This document shows positions 1 to 7,571 of a stretch of 19,286 bases of DNA, piece after piece (positions within the stretch are counted from its first letter, which is position 1; the number at the start of each line of letters is the position of its first letter). The DNA comes from Candidatus Hadarchaeales archaeon (lineage in GTDB: Archaea > Hadarchaeota > Hadarchaeia > Hadarchaeales > Hadarchaeaceae), in assembly GCA_038851565.1 (NCBI GenBank), contig JAWCKV010000017.1, positions 1-19,286 on the forward strand, in the 5' to 3' direction. The notes under the pieces were generated by a model that saw nothing but the letters and a program-made list of their open reading frames with translations, did no database searches and had not been told where the DNA came from. The translations under genes and the position numbers were made by a program.

Positions 1-2932
1 CGAGAACCTGAAGCTCGCAGCCGACAACATAAAGACAGCAGGTCAGGCACTCAAGGACGCCGCCACCCAACTCGGCACGGTCAGGGACAGGGCCGCGATT
101 CTAGGCTGGGAGAACGTGCCCAACCTGATCGATCAGGCTCTCACGAACCTTGACCTCGCCGGCGACAACTTGGCGGCGGACACTGTGGACTTTGGAACGG
201 TCGTTACTTTACTGAACAGGGCGGCCGAGAACCTGAGGCTTGCGAGCGGCAACGGAAAACCAAGCCTTGAAAATATGAGCAAGTATAACAGGAACGCCGG
301 TGAGAACCTTGACAACGCCAGGTACAGGCTGTGGGGCGCAAGTGACAATCTCGATAAGGGTTACCTACGCGGCGCGGCCGAGAACTTGGAAAACGCGGGA
401 TCGTGGATGGTCCTCTGCGGCACGAATCTTAGCACCAACAACGCTGCCATGGGAACGGCGATGCAGAACGCCGGGAACAATTTGAAACTTGCGGCCCAGG
501 CGCTTCTCGATGCTGCCACCTTTGAAAACAACGCTGCAACGAACATGACTCAGGTCAAGAACTACCTCCTGAGCGCAGGTACCCTGATAACTCTGGCGGA
601 CTCAGACCTTAAGAAAGCTGGAGAGAACATCGAGAACGCTGCCATCTTCCTCGACACCGGCGACAGCTGGGGAGCTCTGGTTGACAACCTCTTCAAGCCC
701 TACGACAACTTCTCCAAGGCTGCCCTGGCCCTGGACAACGCGGCCACACTGCTCGGAGCAGCGCTTGGAGGAACTGAGGTCGGAAAGGCGTCTGACTACG
801 AGAACTGCGCAGCGGAAAACCTGAAGAAGGGAACGATGAACCTCAAGACCGCGGGTGACCAGCTCATCCTCGCAGCGGACCAGCTGAGCGCAGCCGCGAC
901 CACAATGGCCGCAACTGCGAACAGCCTGGGGCCGGAGGGCTGGGCCATCGCGGCCGAGGCGAACAATGACCTTAGGTTCAACACCAGCGACGCTTCGAAG
1001 CACATTGCTCCGGGAGGCAGCAAGACGTTCTCCTTCATCTGGACAACTCCAGGTGTAGGAAACATTGAGAACGTCTACACCCTGAAGATCTACACCTACA
1101 AGCCCGGCAGCGCCACTCCGACCAAGGACTACTCCGTGACGGTTACCGTTGATGGGAAGGTTCCGACCGTGACCATCGTGGTAACCCAGTCCGGCGTGTC
1201 CGAGAACAACCTGGTCGGAACTGTGTACGACAACGGGCTTGCAACAGTGACAATAGTGGCGAGCGAGGCGGTTTCCCTTGAGAACGTTCACATCGAGAAC
1301 TCCAGCGGCGGGGTACTGGTGGATGCAATGTCCCTGAGCACGACTGACAACATCACCTTCACTGCCACTTTCACCGCCGGAGCCTGGGACGACGTCGGCC
1401 CCAGAGTGGTGGTGAAGAAGGCGGTTGATGGTTGCGGCAACGAGAACACGAGCGGAATGGTTCAGACCTTCACGGTTGACACAAGGCCGCCGGTGTTCGT
1501 CGATAACGGCTTCGCCTCGATCGGTTACCTCAGGACGAACGTCACAAAGGCAGGGACCACTACCGTGTACGCATACGTTGACAACGATGGCTCCAAGCAG
1601 ATATACGGGCGCGTTGAGGACAACTATAGCGATCCGGAAAATGACGCCTGGTGCACGGTTTACATAAATGAAACATTGGCAAGCAGGGACCCGGACGACA
1701 ACTTCTACGGGAACTTCACCCTGAGCGACGGCCTGAACACCATAACTCTGAAGGCGGTCGACAGGGTGGGTAATGAGACGACAGTTGTGTTCGAGAACTA
1801 CTACGTGGACACAAAAGCTCCAACGGTTACCTTCAACACGATCGCGGGCAAGACATGGACAGATGGAGTGAAGATCACGGAGAACAAGCCGGCCATAAAG
1901 ATAACGATCATGGATCCAGGCTATGCGGAGTGCACCGGTCTTGGAGTGGCGTACGAAAACCTCTTCGTCTACCTTGACAACGACGACAACGTGAACAACG
2001 GACAGCCAGCCTGGGGCGGGCAGCTGGACAACAAGGATCCGTGGGATCCCGCCACGGGAGTCTTTGAGAACACCGTTGACAACCTTGCCGACCCGGGCGA
2101 GGGGCTGGCTGAGGGCACGTACTACATCGTTGTGGTGTGCAACGACAACCTGCCGCACGCCGGAGACAATGAGAACTGGGTAATCGCTGCGCGGAAGTTT
2201 GTCATCGATGTCACGCCTCCGGTTGTGCCAACCCCGAGCATAGCGCTGAACCCGCTGGCACAAACCTCGATAACAAGCCCGCTGGTTTCAGTTGTTAACA
2301 CATTGACCATACGCGGAGAGGGGCTGACTGCTGAAGTTGGTGCGACAATAAAGATATACATCAGAAATGCTTCCACGGGTGCGGAAATCGCTACCGATAC
2401 AACCACAGTTGGCACTGATGGCAAGTGGAGCAAGACGATCACCCTCCCACAGGGTGGTGTGACCATGCAGATAGAGGTCACATGCACTGACGAGGCCGGG
2501 AACGAGAGCGCGCCCGTTCTCTACGGGTTCGTGCTGCTCGATGCCACTGCCCCGTCCGTGACGATATCTGCACCGGTCACCGCGAACAACACATACACCA
2601 CATCCGAGGTGACTGTGGTTGTGAGCGGGAGCATAACCAAGGACACATGGGAGACCTACAACACCGGCACAAGGGCTGTCACCGCGACCATTCAGGTCGG
2701 CAGCGCGACCCCGGGCACGGTCACCATCGGCACAGATGGGACCTTCTCCGTGAGCGCTGCGCTGAGCGAGGGCACGAACACCATAACCATCAGGGCTGTT
2801 GACTCCGCAGGGAATGGCTCATCGGCCACGATCACAGTGGTACGAACTGTCACACCATGGGCGACGTACGCGATTATCATCGTGATAATCGCGCTGATAC
2901 TGGCTGCAATCGCAATATTCCGCAAGAAGTAA
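1..2932 (+). CDS. Large membrane-anchored cell-surface (S-layer/adhesin-like) protein, 5'-truncated: Ala/Asn/Leu-rich helical repeat region, then ~6 Ig-like (Big-type) domains, C-terminal TM helix and basic tail
   Basis: The frame is open from position 2 (ENLKLAADNIKTAG...), so the true start lies upstream of the window. Repeated A[GA]ENL/DNL helical units. Ig-like linkers VDGKVP, VDTRPP, VDTKAP, IDVTPP, LDATAP and end motifs AVDGCGN, AVDRVGN, TDEAGN, AVDSAGN. Many NxS/T sequons. C-terminus is YAIIIVIIALILAAIAIF-RKK. Confidence 0.88.
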   Translation, partial: ENLKLAADNIKTAGQALKDAATQLGTVRDRAAILGWENVPNLIDQALTNLDLAGDNLAADTVDFGTVVTLLNRAAENLRLASGNGKPSLENMSKYNRNAGENLDNARYRLWGASDNLDKGYLRGAAENLENAGSWMVLCGTNLSTNNAAMGTAMQNAGNNLKLAAQALLDAATFENNAATNMTQVKNYLLSAGTLITLADSDLKKAGENIENAAIFLDTGDSWGALVDNLFKPYDNFSKAALALDNAATLLGAALGGTEVGKASDYENCAAENLKKGTMNLKTAGDQLILAADQLSAAATTMAATANSLGPEGWAIAAEANNDLRFNTSDASKHIAPGGSKTFSFIWTTPGVGNIENVYTLKIYTYKPGSATPTKDYSVTVTVDGKVPTVTIVVTQSGVSENNLVGTVYDNGLATVTIVASEAVSLENVHIENSSGGVLVDAMSLSTTDNITFTATFTAGAWDDVGPRVVVKKAVDGCGNENTSGMVQTFTVDTRPPVFVDNGFASIGYLRTNVTKAGTTTVYAYVDNDGSKQIYGRVEDNYSDPENDAWCTVYINETLASRDPDDNFYGNFTLSDGLNTITLKAVDRVGNETTVVFENYYVDTKAPTVTFNTIAGKTWTDGVKITENKPAIKITIMDPGYAECTGLGVAYENLFVYLDNDDNVNNGQPAWGGQLDNKDPWDPATGVFENTVDNLADPGEGLAEGTYYIVVVCNDNLPHAGDNENWVIAARKFVIDVTPPVVPTPSIALNPLAQTSITSPLVSVVNTLTIRGEGLTAEVGATIKIYIRNASTGAEIATDTTTVGTDGKWSKTITLPQGGVTMQIEVTCTDEAGNESAPVLYGFVLLDATAPSVTISAPVTANNTYTTSEVTVVVSGSITKDTWETYNTGTRAVTATIQVGSATPGTVTIGTDGTFSVSAALSEGTNTITIRAVDSAGNGSSATITVVRTVTPWATYAIIIVIIALILAAIAIFRKK

Positions 2933-2979
2933 GGGGAAGTCACGCCATAAATTTCCCCTTATTTTTTAATTTTTGTTTT
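2930..2979 (+). terminator. Stem-loop plus T-tract terminator of the surface-protein gene
   Basis: TAAGGGGAA (2930-2938) pairs with TTCCCCTTA (2953-2961) and is followed by TTTTTTAATTTTTGTTTT. Confidence 0.65.
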
Positions 2980-3051
2980 AAAATTTTCAGGGCACGGCTT
3001 TTGTGTTCTCGTTCGGTTGTTGGTTGAGCGTTTTTAGGAGTTTCCAGGATA

Positions 3052-3588
3052 TTACGTTCTGAAGTGGAGGTTTTTTCCCCTTGTGTCGATTGTCACGAGC
3101 AGCGGTCCAAAGTCCCTTACCCTTAAAACCCAGACCGCCTCCGGCTCCCCCAGGTCCAGCCAGTGAACTCCCTCGATTTTCTCCACGTATTCTGCGGCCA
3201 GCGCCCCAGCCCCCCCAGGGAAGGCGAGGTAGACGCATCCTAGGCTTGCTAGTTGGTCTCCCACTTCCCTGCTCAGTCCTCCCTTCCCCAGAATTGCTCT
3301 CACGCCCGTGCGTCTCACGAACTCAGCCTGAAGCCTCCCCATGCGAGCGCTTGTCGTGGGACCGGCGGAGACTATTTCTATTTTCCCACCTACTTTCCTC
3401 GTCAGTGGGCCGCAGTTGTACACCACGCCTCCTTTTATATCAACGGGCAGACCTGCACCGGATGCCACCCGGGCATACGCCTTATCCCTCGCTGTCACCA
3501 GGGTGCCGCTTATCGTCACCGTGTCTCCAGCGCTAAGCCCTCGCACATCGTCCTCACTCAGGGGAGTAACCAGTCTGATCGCCTTCAG
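3052..3588 (-). CDS. Class I fumarate hydratase / tartrate dehydratase family Fe-S hydro-lyase, beta subunit
   Basis: Motifs LVTPLSEDDV..L.AGD, TARDKA, CGP, AGPTTSARM, LGKGG, FGPLLVTID..G.NL. Start placed at CTG 3588, which overlaps the alpha stop (CTGA) and sits 4 nt after GGTGG. Confidence 0.9.
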   Translation of the reverse strand: MKAIRLVTPLSEDDVRGLSAGDTVTISGTLVTARDKAYARVASGAGLPVDIKGGVVYNCGPLTRKVGGKIEIVSAGPTTSARMGRLQAEFVRRTGVRAILGKGGLSREVGDQLASLGCVYLAFPGGAGALAAEYVEKIEGVHWLDLGEPEAVWVLRVRDFGPLLVTIDTRGKNLHFRT

Positions 3589-4454
3589 GGTTCCACCACC
3601 TTCAGTTGTTCGTCCATAAGCCTTGCCCTTGCCTTTCTGGCAGCCCAGCACTGAAATGCCACGGCAACCGGCAGGCTTGCGGTGTGGCAGGCTGCCTTTT
3701 CCACCCTCACCCCGAGAACTGTGGTTCTTCCGCCGAGTCCCATGCAACCGATGCCGAGGCGGTTGGCAGACCTCTCTATGCGCATTTCAAGCCTCTCGAG
3801 CGATGAGTCTGGATTTCGCGCGCTTAGGGGCCTGAGAAGCGCCCGTTTTGCCATGGCGCACGAAGCTTCGCTTGACCCGCCAATCCCCACCCCCACTATC
3901 GTTGGCGGGCACGGCTTTCCTCCGGCCTCGCGGATCGCCCCCACCACAGCGCGCTCTATTCCCCTGTCGCCCTCGGTTGGGGAAAGCATGAACAGCCTGC
4001 CGCAGTTCTCAGCCCCGGAGCCCCTCACGAGCAGGTCCAGCTGCATCCCACTTCCATCGACGAGCTCCAGATGGACGACCGGATGTCCCGGCCCCGTGTT
4101 GTTCCTCATGGGTTCCCGCGTGAGCGCATCCACCAGGTTGGCCCTCAGGGGAACTCTCGCGGTGGCCTGGGCCACAGCCCTGGTGAGGGCTTTTTGCACG
4201 TTAAATCCAAGCCTGAGCCCTCTTCCAATGCGCACAAAGAATGTGAGGGTCCCTGTGTCCTGGCAGATCGGACGCCCTCGCTTTTCCGCAATTTTGAGGT
4301 TTTTCAGCATGAGGTCGTACTGGATCTTCGCAGGCCTGCTGGTCTCGATCCGCGCCTTTTCCCTGAGCACGGCCACAACGTCCCTGGGAAGCCGCGTTTC
4401 CGCCCTCACCACCATCTCCACGACTGCGGAGACAAAATCCCCCTCCCGAAGCAT
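3585..4454 (-). CDS. Class I fumarate hydratase / tartrate dehydratase family Fe-S hydro-lyase, alpha subunit
   Basis: PICQDTG, LRANLVD, NTG, RGSGAEN, PCPP, GIGG, CMGLGG.TT, CHTAS, QCWAAR; all three Fe-S cysteines are present. Start taken at ATG 4454 (MLREGDF); the longer track ORF runs antisense into DUF192. Confidence 0.92.
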   Translation of the reverse strand: MLREGDFVSAVVEMVVRAETRLPRDVVAVLREKARIETSRPAKIQYDLMLKNLKIAEKRGRPICQDTGTLTFFVRIGRGLRLGFNVQKALTRAVAQATARVPLRANLVDALTREPMRNNTGPGHPVVHLELVDGSGMQLDLLVRGSGAENCGRLFMLSPTEGDRGIERAVVGAIREAGGKPCPPTIVGVGIGGSSEASCAMAKRALLRPLSARNPDSSLERLEMRIERSANRLGIGCMGLGGRTTVLGVRVEKAACHTASLPVAVAFQCWAARKARARLMDEQLKVVEP

Positions 4455-4483
4455 GCGATCAATTCTATCTAAATGGAGCCTAC

Positions 4484-4493
4484 GGTTAAAACC
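4484..4493. promoter_or_regulatory. Candidate bidirectional TATA box between the divergent fumarase-alpha and DUF192 genes
   Basis: GGTTAAAACC reads TTAAAA on + and TTTTAA on -. It lies about 31-32 nt from both ATG 4454 (-) and GTG 4522 (+). Confidence 0.45.
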
Positions 4494-4521
4494 CTTGGGG
4501 GATCCACTGGAGATCGCACTT

Positions 4522-4869
4522 GTGATAAGGAGGAACGGAGCGGTGGTCGCGGGAAGGACATATATAGCAGGCTTGGGAGGGCTCATGGGCCTCATGTTCC
4601 GGAGGGGGATGGATGATGACGAGGCGATGATATTCAGGCTCAGCGGAAAGCGAACAATAGTGCATACTTTCTTCCTCAGGTTTCCCGTGGACCTCGTTTT
4701 CACCGACAGCAGGATGCGGGTGCTGGAGATCAGGGCAAACCTTCCTCCGTGGAGATTTTACCTCTCAGGCACAAAACCGAGCTATATGTTAGAGCTACCC
4801 GGAGGGAAAACTGCGGCTGTCGGGTTAAGGGTGGGGGATGAGCTGGAGACGGAAGAGTTATATTCATGA
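4522..4869 (+). CDS. DUF192 family protein
   Basis: GLMFR...DEAMIF...HTFFLRFPVDLVF.D....V...PW......YMLELPGG...G...GD is the DUF192 pattern. Start uncertain: GTG 4522 preferred, TTG 4495 possible. Confidence 0.85.
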   Translation: MIRRNGAVVAGRTYIAGLGGLMGLMFRRGMDDDEAMIFRLSGKRTIVHTFFLRFPVDLVFTDSRMRVLEIRANLPPWRFYLSGTKPSYMLELPGGKTAAVGLRVGDELETEELYS

Positions 4870-4926
4870 AATCACAGAGGTGATAACGCTGGCCGAGGCG
4901 GGCGGGGGTGAGGAGATGAAGGAAAG

Positions 4927-5805
4927 ATGGATGTCCCCCGATCGCTTGCCGAGGCGGCCCTGTTTGTCGCTGCTAAAGTAAACGCCAGAGCACTCATTGC
5001 GCTGACTGAAACCGGCAAGAACCTTGAATTGTTCCAAAGCATAAGGCCGGAGTTCCAGGATGGCAGAGTCATGCTGCTCATCGCGACTCCAAATCCAGAT
5101 ATCCTTCGCAGCATCCTGGTCCCGGACGGCGTGGGGGTGGTAGGCATGGGTGCAAGGCCTTCCAGCAAGGTAGCCCAGGCACACCACGCCATAGCCTGCT
5201 GCATGCGGGAGGGCATACTCAGTCCCGGAGACAAGCTTATCTGTCTCATTGGAAATGGAAGCGCGGACATGCTGGATTCCCTTATGGTCATGGAGGCAAC
5301 TCCCGAGCACATGGCGCTTGATGTATTCGGGGATGATGAGGTCCTTTCATCGGCAGTGGAGCTGGCCCTGCAGCTGGCGCAGGGCGAATCGGACGGTAGA
5401 CCGGTCGGAACTGCCTTCGTGGTGGGCAACAGGAAGAAGATAATGAGGTATTCGTACCAGCTGATGCTGAATCCCCTTGAGGGACACAGGATAAAGATAA
5501 CCGACCGATCCCACTGGGGGCTGCTGAAGAAGTTCGCAACATTTGATGGTGCCTTTGTGGTGGACTTGGATGGCACTGTCGTGGCAGCCTGCCGTTATCT
5601 TGACGCGCGGAGGAAGGTCGAGGTCCCGAAGGGCCTCGGCACGCGCCACCTTGCAGTGGCCTCAATGACGGCTGCCGTGGATGCGAGGGGAGTAACGGTA
5701 TCGGGCGAGGATGGGCACGTGAGGATATTTGAGCGGGGACGGATGGTGGCCGTGCTGGATCCGAGGACGAAGCTCATGGAATACTTCGAGGCCCTGCGGG
5801 AGTAA
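4927..5805 (+). CDS. dacZ: Diadenylate cyclase, archaeal DacZ type (N-terminal pyruvate-kinase-C-like domain plus DAC/DisA_N domain)
   Basis: DAC motifs EG..GRPVGTAFVVG, FDGAFVV..DG, GLGTRH.A...T, VS.EDG. N-terminal region ALIALTETG resembles PK_C. Confidence 0.85.
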   Translation: MDVPRSLAEAALFVAAKVNARALIALTETGKNLELFQSIRPEFQDGRVMLLIATPNPDILRSILVPDGVGVVGMGARPSSKVAQAHHAIACCMREGILSPGDKLICLIGNGSADMLDSLMVMEATPEHMALDVFGDDEVLSSAVELALQLAQGESDGRPVGTAFVVGNRKKIMRYSYQLMLNPLEGHRIKITDRSHWGLLKKFATFDGAFVVDLDGTVVAACRYLDARRKVEVPKGLGTRHLAVASMTAAVDARGVTVSGEDGHVRIFERGRMVAVLDPRTKLMEYFEALRE

Positions 5806-5845
5806 AGAGTTATTTTTCTCCCCTCCGATGTCATAGATGGTGCGG

Positions 5846-7567
5846 ATGCTCTACCAGGTTCTCGCTGAGGCGTTTGAGAGGCTTGAGCGGACTTCATCCT
5901 ATCTCGAGAAGAATTCCATAATAGTTGAACTCCTAAGGCAGACGCCGCACGAGGAAATGGAGCGCGTGGTGCTCCTCATGCTGGGAAGGCCCTGGCCGGC
6001 ATACGTGTCGAAGGAGACCGGGGTAGGACAGCAGCAGCTGAAGAAGGCCATAGCGCTTGCCTCCGGTTACTCGATATCGGAGGTCGAGAAGCTCATGAGG
6101 GAACTCGGTGACCTCGGAGAGGTGGCAGCGAGGCTCATCACAAAAAGGAAGCAGGTGACACTTTTCAGGGAGAAGCTCACGGTGAAAAAGGTTTTTGACG
6201 GGATAAAGGAGCTCCCTGAGATCACAGGGGAGGGATCGGTAGAAAGAAAGATAGCCACGGTTTCCGAGCTCCTCACCAGCGCATCCCCGCTGGAGGCAAA
6301 GTTCGTAGTGAGGACCGTCCTCGGGGACCTCAGGATAGGTGTCGCCGAGGGAAGGCTGAGGGATGCGATCGCACAGGCCTTTGGCCTGAACCCGGAGGAA
6401 GTCGAGCACGCGTACATGCTCACCACGGACTACTCCCTTGTGGCGAAGGCCGCGGCGGAGAAGGGGGCGGAGGGACTTAAAAAGCTGAGCATCACGGTCG
6501 GGCATCCCGTCAGCCCCATGCTTGCCCAGAGGGCTGAGGACATAGATGAGATACTTCAGAGGATGGGGGGCAGGGCGGCCTTTGAGGTGAAACTCGACGG
6601 CATAAGGGTTCAGGTGCACAGGAGCGGCAGGGAGGTACAGATCTTCACGCGGAGGATGGAGGATTACACGTCGATGTTTCCCGACATAATCGAGCCCCTC
6701 AGGAGGAGCATAGTTCCTGAGCACGCTGTGCTCGACGGGGAGCTTGTGGCTATGGATCCAAAGACCAGAAAGCCCATGCCCTTCCAGGAGGTTCTGAAGC
6801 GCAGGAGGAAGTACGGGATAGAAAGGGCGGCGGGCGAGATACCTGTTGAGATCCAGTTCTTTGACGTTCTGCTGGTAGACGGAAAGATGCTGATAGATGA
6901 GCCATACACGAAGCGCAGGAAAGTTCTGGAGGACGCGGTGAAGATGGGGGAGAGGGTGAAGGTGGTGGAGCAGAGGATTCTCAGCAGGCCGGAGGAGATA
7001 GAGAAATTTGTGGATGAGGCCCTCTCTCTGGGGCATGAGGGGCTGATGGCCAAGGAACTGAGCTCCACCTACAGGGCGGGCAGGAGGGAGTTCCTGTGGC
7101 TCAAGCTGAAGCCGGTTGTCGAGACGCTAGATCTGGTGGTCGTGGGAGCGCACTACGGAAAGGGGAAGAGGGCTGGGGTCTTCGGGAGCTACGTTCTCGC
7201 CGCGCGCGATGACGAAACTGGAAGGTTCAAGACCGTCACCAGATGCGGCAGCGGGTTCACGGACGATGACCTCGAGGAGCTGACGTCGAGGTTCAAGAGG
7301 ATCGCAGTGAGGAGGCCCCACGAGGATGTGGATATAGAGATAGAGTGCGATGCGTACTTCCCGCCGGAGGTGGTGTTTGAGGTTGCGTATGAGGAGATAC
7401 AGAAGAGCCCGGAGGAGAAACACACGAGCCTGATGGGGCTCAGGTTTCCGCGCTTCGTGCGCGTGAGGGAGGACAGGAGAGCTGAGGAGGCCACCACGGT
7501 TGGGGAGATCGAGGAGCTTTTTGAGCTTCAGGAGAGAAAGAAGGGGAAGAGGGCGGCGGCCCTGTAG
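5846..7567 (+). CDS. lig: ATP-dependent DNA ligase
   Basis: PMLA, adenylation motif EVKLDGIR, LDGELV, FFDVL, EGLMAK, WLKLK, LRFPRF.R.R.D. Start is ATG 5846 or ATG 5837. Confidence 0.97.
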   Translation: MLYQVLAEAFERLERTSSYLEKNSIIVELLRQTPHEEMERVVLLMLGRPWPAYVSKETGVGQQQLKKAIALASGYSISEVEKLMRELGDLGEVAARLITKRKQVTLFREKLTVKKVFDGIKELPEITGEGSVERKIATVSELLTSASPLEAKFVVRTVLGDLRIGVAEGRLRDAIAQAFGLNPEEVEHAYMLTTDYSLVAKAAAEKGAEGLKKLSITVGHPVSPMLAQRAEDIDEILQRMGGRAAFEVKLDGIRVQVHRSGREVQIFTRRMEDYTSMFPDIIEPLRRSIVPEHAVLDGELVAMDPKTRKPMPFQEVLKRRRKYGIERAAGEIPVEIQFFDVLLVDGKMLIDEPYTKRRKVLEDAVKMGERVKVVEQRILSRPEEIEKFVDEALSLGHEGLMAKELSSTYRAGRREFLWLKLKPVVETLDLVVVGAHYGKGKRAGVFGSYVLAARDDETGRFKTVTRCGSGFTDDDLEELTSRFKRIAVRRPHEDVDIEIECDAYFPPEVVFEVAYEEIQKSPEEKHTSLMGLRFPRFVRVREDRRAEEATTVGEIEELFELQERKKGKRAAAL

Positions 7568-7571
7568 CCCC

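Noticed and set aside
602..2263. 553-aa minus-strand ORF and other antisense ORFs over the surface-protein gene
   Set aside because: Antisense shadow of a strongly codon-biased gene (V/H/R-rich translation, no motifs).
3682..4521. N-terminal ~280 aa of the 395-aa plus-strand ORF, suggesting a DUF192 fusion
   Set aside because: Mostly antisense to the fumarase alpha gene. Only the C-terminal ~115 aa carry the DUF192 pattern.
5630..5660. RHL instead of RHR in the DAC motif, suggesting an inactive cyclase
   Set aside because: The third position varies in archaeal DacZ proteins. DGA and GxGxRH are intact.
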